NCBI GenBank assembly: GCA_947168555.1
Contig: CAMVMJ010000006.1
Location: 648 to 64,647, forward strand
Direction: 5' to 3'
Origin: an uncultured Prevotellaceae bacterium
GTDB lineage: Bacteria > Bacteroidota > Bacteroidia > Bacteroidales > Bacteroidaceae
Length of the DNA stretch: 64,000 bases
Part shown: positions 1-8,063 of the stretch, piece after piece
Position numbering within the stretch: the stretch's first letter is position 1
Layout: every line of letters starts with the position of its first letter
Notes under the pieces: model-generated
Told to the model about the DNA's origin: nothing
What the model saw: only the letters and a program-made list of their open reading frames with translations
Database searches by the model: none
Translations under genes and position numbers: made by a program

Positions 1-335
1 TAGCCGTTGTTGAACGAGCCGGAGGTCTGGATGGCCGTCTGCATGATGAAGCGCTTGGTGGGCGCACCGTTTTCGTCGGCCATCAGCTCCTCGCCCATCA
101 GCTGACTTTTGGTCAGCTGCTGCTCGATGCTCAACTCACCGGCGGGCACAAGCCAGCCTTCCTTCTTAAACTCCTTGGCCTGCTTCTTGGCATCCTTGGT
201 GGGCTTCTGGTTGAGCATCTTGCGGTTGATGTCGTTCAACTCCTTCTGCTGCTTGGCCAGCTCGATAGCGCTCTGGGCATTCACTGCGGTGGAGGTCATC
301 AGGACTGCTGCCACCATCAAAATCATTTTCTTCAT
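1..335 (-). CDS. exported hypothetical protein, N-terminal ~111 aa only (gene runs off left edge)
   Basis: Read by hand on the minus strand from ATG at 333-335. Starts MKKMILMVAAVLMTSTAVNAQ (signal peptide), then a Lys/Gln-rich helical segment. Missing from the ORF track because there is no stop in the window. Lies 38 nt downstream of the stop of 374..2239 on the same strand. Confidence 0.6.
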   Translation of the reverse strand, partial: MKKMILMVAAVLMTSTAVNAQSAIELAKQQKELNDINRKMLNQKPTKDAKKQAKEFKKEGWLVPAGELSIEQQLTKSQLMGEELMADENGAPTKRFIMQTAIQTSGSFNNG

Positions 336-373
336 CATAGTTGTGTTGTTTTTATGGGTTAATAAAATAAGGT

Positions 374-2239
374 TTATTCACTGTAGAAGTCGCCGGCATT
401 GTAGAGCTTGTCCATCGACACCTCGTTGGGCTGCCAGGTGCGTATCTTGATTTGCGGGGCTTCACGGTCGGTCATGTCCACCAGGAGGAAGAGGAAGCCC
501 TTGTCGGCGTAGCGCGAGGAGTTGTATTCCTGACCGATCTGGATGGCGAAGAGCTTCTTGTCCTTGTATTTCTCGAGCCACTGCACCTCGTTGTTGGAGA
601 AGCGTATGTTGATGAACTCGTTGCGGGCAAAGTTTTCCTTGAGCTTCTTGAGATAGCCGTCCTTCGTATAGCGGTTGTACTGGATGATGTCCTGTCCGCC
701 CACGGAGACGCCGCGCTCGCCGGGAATCTGACTGCTAGGGCGCTTCACCACGTTGCCGGAGATGATGACGGCGTCGTCGGCAAAGATGTCGCTGATGTAG
801 TCGAGGCGCTTGAGGCAGTAGGCCGTCTTGTAGTTTTCCATAAACTCCATCAGCACTTCGCGCGTCTCGTCGCTCCATCCGGGGGCGTACTTGCAGAGGA
901 TGTCGTTCTCGGCCACCTGACCCAGACCGAAGGCCACGTTGTCGATGCGACCCTCCGTGTTGAAGGTGAAGACGACGTCCTCCACATAGGTCTTCTTCGT
1001 GCCCGACTTGAAGGAGAACGACATCTGCAGGCCGCGAGCCACAACGGTGCCGTTGGTGCCCTTGAAGAAGGAGATGTTGGGCGTGCCCACGATGCGACCC
1101 GTGCCGTAGGAGATGAGTTTGTTGTACATGTCCAGGCCGTCGAGCGTGAAGCAGCGGTTGGCGTCGGAGTAACTGCGGCGCTGGATGGCGGTGATGACCT
1201 GATTCATCGTGGCGACGAAGGCATCGGACTCGGCCACCGTCTGCGTGGCGCTGGGCTTGAGGTTGACACCCGTGCCGTCGCTCTTCACGGCGGCGGGGCG
1301 GCCGGAGGCGGTGATGGTGAGGTCCTTCTTAGGCTGCGCGGCACTGCCGCCCTTGCCCTTCACCGTGTGCTCAGCCTTGGGGAAGGTCTTGCGCGTGATG
1401 ACATCCAGCACGCTCTGCATCTCGGCATCGCCGCGCGCCTGTCCGGCGTATTCGTATTCCAGGCTGACGTGGTAGGTGGACGTCTCGTAGCCGGGCACCA
1501 TCTCCATCATGCCGCGCCCGTCCTTGGCGCTGCCCTGACACATGGTGCGGCCGTCGTTGTAGTTGAACTCCAGGCTCGATACGGGTTGTCCCTGGTAGGT
1601 GAAGAGCAGATCGACAAAGTCGCCGTCGCGGTGGTCGAACTTCACGTCCACGTCGCCAAGTATCTCGTTGATGCGCAGGGGAATCCAGTTCACCAGGATG
1701 CGTCCGTCCTCGCCCGTCACCTCGTCGGGGCGCTGAACGGAGCGGATGAGGGAGTAGGCCCAGTAGTAGTATTGCAGGGCCATGTCGATCTTGCCTTTCT
1801 TCTTGGCCTCTCCAGCGATATAGACCATGTCCCTGGCTTTGGCGATGCGCGCCTCGTAGATGCGGGCCAGCTCTGAGCGCTTCATGTAGCGGCGCACGGT
1901 GACGTTGGGCTCCTTGCCCACCACCCACTTCTCCACGTTGGTCAGCGTGGACTGCGAATAGGTACGCACGCAGTTGAGCACGCGGGCTTTGTGGTCGATG
2001 TTGCCGTTGGTGTTGGTCTCGTCCTCGATGCCGACAAACTCGCTCGACACGTGGGTGGCGATCATGCCCACCAACTCGGCCATCGCGGCCTCGGAAGCTT
2101 CCGCCTCCGTGGCGCCTACGCCCACGCCGTAGTAGTATTCACCCGAGGAACGGATGTAGTCCCAGTTTTGCGCCTGCCCCGCAAGACTGGAGAGGAGCAG
2201 GGCGAATGCCGTCAGAAATATTGGCCGAATGTATTGCAT
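374..2239 (-). CDS. exported protein with LPP20-like N-module and NTF2/SnoaL-like C-terminal region (function unknown)
   Basis: 621-aa ORF. Signal peptide MQYIRPIFLTAFALLLSSLAGQAQ. The segment GVGVGATEAEASEAAMAELVGMIATHV fits the LPP20 lipoprotein pattern. Starts 18 nt after the stop of 2258..4099. Confidence 0.8.
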   Translation of the reverse strand: MQYIRPIFLTAFALLLSSLAGQAQNWDYIRSSGEYYYGVGVGATEAEASEAAMAELVGMIATHVSSEFVGIEDETNTNGNIDHKARVLNCVRTYSQSTLTNVEKWVVGKEPNVTVRRYMKRSELARIYEARIAKARDMVYIAGEAKKKGKIDMALQYYYWAYSLIRSVQRPDEVTGEDGRILVNWIPLRINEILGDVDVKFDHRDGDFVDLLFTYQGQPVSSLEFNYNDGRTMCQGSAKDGRGMMEMVPGYETSTYHVSLEYEYAGQARGDAEMQSVLDVITRKTFPKAEHTVKGKGGSAAQPKKDLTITASGRPAAVKSDGTGVNLKPSATQTVAESDAFVATMNQVITAIQRRSYSDANRCFTLDGLDMYNKLISYGTGRIVGTPNISFFKGTNGTVVARGLQMSFSFKSGTKKTYVEDVVFTFNTEGRIDNVAFGLGQVAENDILCKYAPGWSDETREVLMEFMENYKTAYCLKRLDYISDIFADDAVIISGNVVKRPSSQIPGERGVSVGGQDIIQYNRYTKDGYLKKLKENFARNEFINIRFSNNEVQWLEKYKDKKLFAIQIGQEYNSSRYADKGFLFLLVDMTDREAPQIKIRTWQPNEVSMDKLYNAGDFYSE

Positions 2240-2257
2240 ATTTGTCTTTTACTTTTT

Positions 2258-4099
2258 TTAAGGTTGAACTGAGAGAGCAAGGCGAAAGCCGCGGTGGCTT
2301 CCCGCGTCCGAGGGCTTGCTGCTAATCCGGTAAGACACGCGCCAGCTCCGCGCGAAGAAGTACCAACTGCCCCCACGGCTCACACGGTAAGAGCCCGAAG
2401 TAGGACCAGCAGGATTGTTACTCGGAGATATCTTGTAGTAATTCATATCATACCAGTCCTGACACCATTCATACACATTGCCGCTCATATCGTAAAGACC
2501 CAGCTCGTTAGGTTGCTTAGTGGCTACAGGGTGCGTTTTTCTGCCGCTATTGTCATCGTACCATGCTACATCTGCAAGCGTGTTGCTGCCGCTGTACTTA
2601 TAACCCTTGCTCTGTCGGCCGCCGCGGGCAGCAAATTCCCATTCGGCTTCCGTCGGAAGACGGAACTTCTGGCCTGTGAGTTGGTTAAGCTTCGTGATGA
2701 AGGTTTGGCAGTCATTCCAAGAAACTTGTTCTACAGGAAGATTGTCGCCTATCCACTTGGAAGGATTGGAACCCATCACCGCCTGCCACAGCGCCTGCGT
2801 CACTTCCGTCTGGCCGATAGAGTAGCTGCTCAGGGTCACACTGTGTGCAGGCTTTTCCCATTCATAAGCATCATTGCCCTGCTCTGCAGTGCCCCCCATC
2901 TGGAATGTGCCTCCCTCTACGGGCATCATCACAAAAGAGACACCATTGACCGTGAATGTGCGGCCGCCGGAGACATTGGGCGTGCCGCCAACGGAGGGAG
3001 TGGTTGCCTTGGGTTTCTCTTTCAGGGTGAGGTTGACATCCGTCGTCTGCTGCTCCGCAATCTCTATCGTGGTCCGGGCGTCCTCGTAGCCCTCGCGGCT
3101 CAGCGTCAGCGTGTGCCGGCCGATCAGTACATCGGAGAGCATCTTAGGCGTTTGTCCATAGTCCTTGCCGTCTATTTTGATGGTGGCGCGCAAGGGCGAG
3201 GAGTTCACTGCCAGCGTGCCCGTGACGGGTGCGGGCGGCGTGAGGGTGACAGCGGCGTCTTTGTCTTCCTCAACGGTGATGGTCCGGAAGGACGACCTGT
3301 GGTTCTGTTGGCGGCACTCCACCTGATAGGTGCCGGCACGGAGCAGGCCCGTCCACGAGCGGGTGCCGCGCTTCTGGTCGTTGACATAGATGTCTGCGTC
3401 AGACGCTACGGAGAGCGTGACGTTGGCGCCGTTGCGGCGCAGCGAGACGTTCTCGATGTGCGTCTCGCCTCTGTTGTCCAGCGTGAAGCGACCCTCGGTG
3501 TTGTGGTAGTTCTCCGCCATCACACGGTAGGTGTAGGTGCCGTATTCCCGCGTCTTGGCCACACTGCCCTCCGCATCGGTGATGCCGAAGACCTCCTCCT
3601 GAGCACCGGCAGCCTCGCGACGTATCATGACGGTGGCGCGGGCGTCGGCGGGCTTCACCTGAAACATCACCATCTGGGTCATGATTACGGGAGCCTGTTC
3701 ACTGAGCTGCATCACATAGGTCTTGCCGGACTCTATGGTGGTGTGCAGGTCGTAGCGGTCAACGGTGGTGTAGCCGGGGCGCATGATGGTGACCATCTTG
3801 GCGTTCTTCTGCACATACACCCACAGCTTGCCGTCGTGCCACTCCACGAGGTGGTTCATGTTGCCGAAGTTGAAGTTGTATTCGCGCAGGCCCTCCGGAT
3901 TGGTGCTGCCCACCTTGATGACGGCGTAGAGAGACCCACTGCCGTCCACTTTCTTATACTGATCGTTGCGGGCAGTGAGGTCGAAGGGATCTGCAGCAAA
4001 ATCCGTCACACTAAACTTCAGCTGTCCAAAGGACGACAAGACTCCCAACAAGAGCAGAAGCCATGTCATCAGGAAGATATGTTTAGCGTGTTGCTTCAT
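2258..4099 (-). CDS. exported PEGA-domain protein with C-terminal FGE-sulfatase (SUMF1-like) fold that lacks the catalytic Cys pair
   Basis: 613-aa ORF with a signal peptide. N-terminal module is paralogous to 5768..8053 and 8064..9578. PEGA-type segment LAVNSSPLRATIKIDGKDYGQTPKMLSDVLIGRHTLTLSREGYED. C-terminal motifs LPTEAEWEFAARGG, YRVSRGGSW, HRGFRLAL. Confidence 0.85.
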   Translation of the reverse strand: MKQHAKHIFLMTWLLLLLGVLSSFGQLKFSVTDFAADPFDLTARNDQYKKVDGSGSLYAVIKVGSTNPEGLREYNFNFGNMNHLVEWHDGKLWVYVQKNAKMVTIMRPGYTTVDRYDLHTTIESGKTYVMQLSEQAPVIMTQMVMFQVKPADARATVMIRREAAGAQEEVFGITDAEGSVAKTREYGTYTYRVMAENYHNTEGRFTLDNRGETHIENVSLRRNGANVTLSVASDADIYVNDQKRGTRSWTGLLRAGTYQVECRQQNHRSSFRTITVEEDKDAAVTLTPPAPVTGTLAVNSSPLRATIKIDGKDYGQTPKMLSDVLIGRHTLTLSREGYEDARTTIEIAEQQTTDVNLTLKEKPKATTPSVGGTPNVSGGRTFTVNGVSFVMMPVEGGTFQMGGTAEQGNDAYEWEKPAHSVTLSSYSIGQTEVTQALWQAVMGSNPSKWIGDNLPVEQVSWNDCQTFITKLNQLTGQKFRLPTEAEWEFAARGGRQSKGYKYSGSNTLADVAWYDDNSGRKTHPVATKQPNELGLYDMSGNVYEWCQDWYDMNYYKISPSNNPAGPTSGSYRVSRGGSWYFFARSWRVSYRISSKPSDAGSHRGFRLALSVQP

Positions 4100-4119
4100 A
4101 TTTTATACCATTACGCGTA

Positions 4120-4127
4120 CAAAAATA
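4120..4127 (-). promoter_or_regulatory. Bacteroidota -7 promoter box (TATTTTTG) for 2258..4099
   Basis: The reverse complement of caaaaata matches TAnnTTTG and lies about 20 nt upstream of the ATG at 4099. Confidence 0.55.
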
Positions 4128-4191
4128 CAAAAAAAATTAAAAAATATAATATAATGCTTAAAGATTTATATGCAACGTGCAATTTTATCAC

Positions 4192-4199
4192 TACATTTG
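4192..4199 (+). promoter_or_regulatory. Bacteroidota -7 promoter box (TACATTTG) for 4227..5741
   Basis: TACATTTG matches TAnnTTTG, 27 nt upstream of the ATG at 4227, inside an AT-rich divergent intergenic region. Confidence 0.55.
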
Positions 4200-4226
4200 T
4201 GCATCAAACCTCTAAAAAACACGACT

Positions 4227-5741
4227 ATGAAGACATTGTTTAGACTATCAATCAGCTTTATGAAGAATGTGATGATGTTTTTGTTGTTAATAACATCGGG
4301 CATCGCAACGGCACAAAAGCCTCAGGTGACGTTTGACGAGCCTCAGGAAGAACCGGCAAACTGGCGAAAAACGCCATTGCATAATGCCGCTAACCTGAAC
4401 ATACTTAATTGGGATGACAATGAAATCATAATAAGTTCGTTCAAGGAACAGCTGTATCTGGCGCGCATTGACAAAAATCTCAATATAAAAGAAAGCTCAA
4501 AGACAAGGCTTGGAGAAAGTCGTGCGCGTGAAGATGAAATTCTAAGAATTTGGCACGAAAACGACAGCATTTATATCATTATGAAAGAAGAGCACAATGT
4601 ATTGTTCTATACTTTTGATTACAAAAGTCTCCAACAGACCAATATGAAACAAATCTATACGATAAGTAAACACGACCCGTCTCAGACGGCAACACCAGTA
4701 GATATAGCATGGTCGGACAACGGAGAATATATTGCCCTTGTAGTCCGTCACATTCCACGTAACTCAGAAGAATTTATGGGACTGAGGAAAAAACAAAGTT
4801 CTTTTCATGAGTTTAGACTGTATGACAAGCATTTCAACCCCATCGGAAGCGGTGTGTTCGATGCAGTAGTGCTCCCGCACAGAATCGGAACCGGTTACGG
4901 TTACGCCTCCTCCTGGACGCTCACAGATAATGGCGAAATCGTCTTTGTCTCACTGAAAGCAGCAAGAAACCCAGCGGATTACCCTGATTTTGGTGCCACT
5001 GCCACCCAGATGGAAATCGGGCTGTTCAAGGACGGTGAAATGACAACGTCCACTATCCCCAATGTTTACAGGGGCAATCTCCCGGTTGGCGCTGTTAACT
5101 GTACGGAGGACATAAATTCTTATGAGAACAGGAACAGTTTCTCGATGAGCCTGAGAACCGGAACCATTCTGAGATACGACGGGAAATCCATGATGATATT
5201 CTTCCTGAACACACTATACAAATACTCGTTTGAAGAGAATACTGTCACACCGCAGGTTGCTATGCCTTACGCTCTGGAACCAACTTATTACAGTTCCGGA
5301 TTGTCAAATGTTATAGACGATAACGAAGGAGGACAAATCATCCGCGGCATCGGCGGTTTCGTGTGGATTCCACAAGACATCTCCAAGTCTTTTATAGGAA
5401 CTTGGAATGTAAACAGAAGTTCTTCAACTAAGTGGAGCGTGAGCTCAACAACTGCAATCAGAAATTTGACTTTCTTACGCAATAACCGTCTTTATCATTT
5501 CGCTGATATGGAAAAATCCACAACAAGTTACTTCATTATCGGAATTGCAGAAGGAACGGAAAAATTAGCACCTCAGATAACCTGTGTTGGCAAGGACGGG
5601 AAGTCTGAGACATTCAATCTTGATGCTGTCGGATATACTTATTTCTACAAAATCAGCGACAACCGTATAGCATTGTGGGAAAGAAACATAAAGGTGAATG
5701 GAAAGGAGTGCATGCGTTTCGGACACGTTGACTTACCTTAG
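4227..5741 (+). CDS. exported hypothetical protein (no recognisable domain)
   Basis: ORF 4170..5741. Start moved to the Met that begins MKTLFRLSISFMKNVMMFLLLITSGIATAQ (signal peptide). AT-rich, and the only plus-strand gene in the island. Confidence 0.7.
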   Translation: MKTLFRLSISFMKNVMMFLLLITSGIATAQKPQVTFDEPQEEPANWRKTPLHNAANLNILNWDDNEIIISSFKEQLYLARIDKNLNIKESSKTRLGESRAREDEILRIWHENDSIYIIMKEEHNVLFYTFDYKSLQQTNMKQIYTISKHDPSQTATPVDIAWSDNGEYIALVVRHIPRNSEEFMGLRKKQSSFHEFRLYDKHFNPIGSGVFDAVVLPHRIGTGYGYASSWTLTDNGEIVFVSLKAARNPADYPDFGATATQMEIGLFKDGEMTTSTIPNVYRGNLPVGAVNCTEDINSYENRNSFSMSLRTGTILRYDGKSMMIFFLNTLYKYSFEENTVTPQVAMPYALEPTYYSSGLSNVIDDNEGGQIIRGIGGFVWIPQDISKSFIGTWNVNRSSSTKWSVSSTTAIRNLTFLRNNRLYHFADMEKSTTSYFIIGIAEGTEKLAPQITCVGKDGKSETFNLDAVGYTYFYKISDNRIALWERNIKVNGKECMRFGHVDLP

Positions 5742-5767
5742 GACTTTTTCAACACCTGTGTCATGAC

Positions 5768-8053
5768 TTATTTGCGGTTACTTAACTTGCTCTGTGCTTT
5801 GGCATTTCCCTGACTGGCAGACTTCTCGTACCAGAAATACGCCTTCTTCAAATCTTTCGAGACGCCCTTACCATTCTCGTAGAATACGCCTAATGTGTAT
5901 TGTGCACCGGCGTTTCCTTGATTGGCAGCTTTTTCGAACCAGTAAAAAGCTTTCTGATAGTCCGTGCCAACACCCAAGCCAGCCTCATAGAGACAGCCTA
6001 AATTGTTTTGAGCAAAAGCATTTCCCTGGTTGGCAGACTTTTCGTACCAATAAAAAGCCTTATGTAAGTCTTGCTGAACGCCAATGCCATTCTGATAACA
6101 AAAGCCTAAATCGCATTGCGCACCGGCGTTTCCTTGATTGGCAGACTTCTCATACAAGTTTACAGCTTTTAGAAGATCTTTCTCAACACCATAGCCTTTC
6201 TGATAGCACACGCCTAAATTGTATTGTGCAGCGGCATTTCCCTGATTGGCAGACTTCTCATACCAGTAAAATGCTTTCTGATAGTCTTTCTCTACACCCC
6301 AGCCATTCATATAGGAAAGGCCTAAGTTGTATTGTGCAATAGCATTATCTTGATTGGCAGCCTTTTCGTACAAAGAAACTGCTTTATTTAAGTCTTTTTC
6401 AACGCCATGACCATTCTCATAGCACACACCCAAATTGCATTGCGCATCGGCATATCCCTGATTGGCCGCTTTTTCGTACCAGTAAAATGCTTTCTGGTAG
6501 TCGTTCTCTACACCAAAACCATAATAATAGAGTATACCTAAATGGTATTGTGCCTTGGCATAATCCTGATTGGCAGACTTCTCATACAAGTTTACAGCTT
6601 TTAGAAGATCTTTCTCAACACCATAGCCTTTCTGATAGCACACGCCTAAATTGTTTTGTGCAACGGCATTACCTTGATTGGCAGCCTTCTCGAACCAGTA
6701 CACAGCCTTGTCATAATTTTGGGCAATGCCTGTGCCATTACAATAGAGATTGCCTAACTCGACTTGTGCACCAGCATGTCCCTGATTGGCCGCCTTCTCA
6801 AACCAACTTTCCGCTTCTATTATGTTTTTAGTTATTACTACATAGCACAATGCCAAATAATATTGAGATTCAGCATGTCCTTGCGGTGCCAGCCTTTGAA
6901 ACTCACTAATGGCCTGCTGATACTCTTTCTTTTCATATAAATCCATCGCTTCCCGGTAAACTGTACCGGTATCACTCAGGGCAACATTCAGGCCTGCAGC
7001 CCCGTTCTCCTGCACTTCCACCGTGGCTTTTGTTACTGCAAATCCGGAGAGAATAAGCGTCACTTCATGCTGTCCTATCAATAATCCGTTGATGTCACTC
7101 GGCGTGGTGCCGTAGTCCTTTCCGTCAATCTTGATGCCGGCGCCTGCGGGGGTTGATTTGACATGAAGCGCACCTGTAATCGGAGTGGGTGGTGTCAGTT
7201 CAATGGTGCGGACATCGTTTTCTCCCACCGTGATGCTCCGGGTACTGCTGAGATGATTCTGCTGACGACACTCCACTTGACATGTGCCGGAAATCAGCGG
7301 CCCCGTCCACGAGCCGACACCCTTCTTCTCGCCGTTGACCCAGATTTCTGCACCGCCGTCCACCGAAAGGGTAATCTGAGAAGAATACGGACGCAGCGTC
7401 ATCTTCTCGCTGTGCGTCTTACTTCTGTCGTTGAGCGTGAAACGTCCTTCTGACGGATAGTAACTTACAGACGCAATGCGATAGGTGTAGGTATCAAGGG
7501 GCATATTCTTTAATAACAGGCCTGCTGCATCCGTTACACCCAATATCTGCTCCTCAGCATCCGCCGCAGAACCTTTCGCCATTATCGTCACCCTGGCATC
7601 GGCGGGCTCCACCTCGAACATGACCATCTGAGTGCTGATTGCTGTCCCTAACGCAGATAGCTGCATGCGGTAGGTCTTACCGGATTCTATGGTCGTACGG
7701 AGGTCGTAGTTGCGCAGGGGTGCGCAACCCTCACGGGTGATGGTCACCTGTTTTGCGCTCTTCTGCACATAAACCCAGAGTTGGTCATCGTGCTCCTCTG
7801 TGAGGTGGTTCATGTTGCCAAAGTTGAAAAGATATTCACGTAAGTTGTCACCTTCATCACCGCTCACCTTGATGATGGCATAGAGCGCCCCGCTGGGGTC
7901 GACCTTCTTGAAACGTTCGTCCCGGGCCGACAAATCAAACACGTCCTCGCTAAAACTCACCACCCGAAGCTTGGGAACTTCCTGTCCGATGACACTCAAT
8001 GCCCCCGACAACAATAGGAACAATGCAGAGGATACAATTTTTATAGTCTTCAT
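5768..8053 (-). CDS. exported PEGA-domain / Sel1-repeat protein
   Basis: 761-aa ORF with a signal peptide. Shares the N-module and PEGA region (LHVKSTPAGAGIKIDGKDYGTTPSDINGLLIGQHEVTL) with its paralogues. Followed by about 10 Sel1-type repeats (KAANQGNAxAQxNLGxCYxxGxGVEKDxxKAxxWYEK). Confidence 0.88.
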   Translation of the reverse strand: MKTIKIVSSALFLLLSGALSVIGQEVPKLRVVSFSEDVFDLSARDERFKKVDPSGALYAIIKVSGDEGDNLREYLFNFGNMNHLTEEHDDQLWVYVQKSAKQVTITREGCAPLRNYDLRTTIESGKTYRMQLSALGTAISTQMVMFEVEPADARVTIMAKGSAADAEEQILGVTDAAGLLLKNMPLDTYTYRIASVSYYPSEGRFTLNDRSKTHSEKMTLRPYSSQITLSVDGGAEIWVNGEKKGVGSWTGPLISGTCQVECRQQNHLSSTRSITVGENDVRTIELTPPTPITGALHVKSTPAGAGIKIDGKDYGTTPSDINGLLIGQHEVTLILSGFAVTKATVEVQENGAAGLNVALSDTGTVYREAMDLYEKKEYQQAISEFQRLAPQGHAESQYYLALCYVVITKNIIEAESWFEKAANQGHAGAQVELGNLYCNGTGIAQNYDKAVYWFEKAANQGNAVAQNNLGVCYQKGYGVEKDLLKAVNLYEKSANQDYAKAQYHLGILYYYGFGVENDYQKAFYWYEKAANQGYADAQCNLGVCYENGHGVEKDLNKAVSLYEKAANQDNAIAQYNLGLSYMNGWGVEKDYQKAFYWYEKSANQGNAAAQYNLGVCYQKGYGVEKDLLKAVNLYEKSANQGNAGAQCDLGFCYQNGIGVQQDLHKAFYWYEKSANQGNAFAQNNLGCLYEAGLGVGTDYQKAFYWFEKAANQGNAGAQYTLGVFYENGKGVSKDLKKAYFWYEKSASQGNAKAQSKLSNRK

Positions 8054-8063
8054 ATCTTAAGTC

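Noticed and set aside
2258-2420. Possible diversity-generating retroelement (DGR) target. FGE-sulfatase/C-type-lectin-like C-termini are classic DGR variable regions.
   Set aside because: No second (template) copy of the 3' end of the gene is visible anywhere in the window, and there is no reverse transcriptase or accessory gene. Without a TR/VR pair the idea has no support here.
452-4243. Long plus-strand ORFs (452..1876, 2294..4243 and several shorter ones) opposite the minus-strand genes.
   Set aside because: They are typical shadow ORFs of GC-rich genes. Their translations are Gly/Ala/Val/His/Arg-rich nonsense without motifs, whereas the minus-strand frames have signal peptides and recognisable domains. 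The same applies to 9039..9470, 10099..11190, 11465..12367 and 12482..13243.
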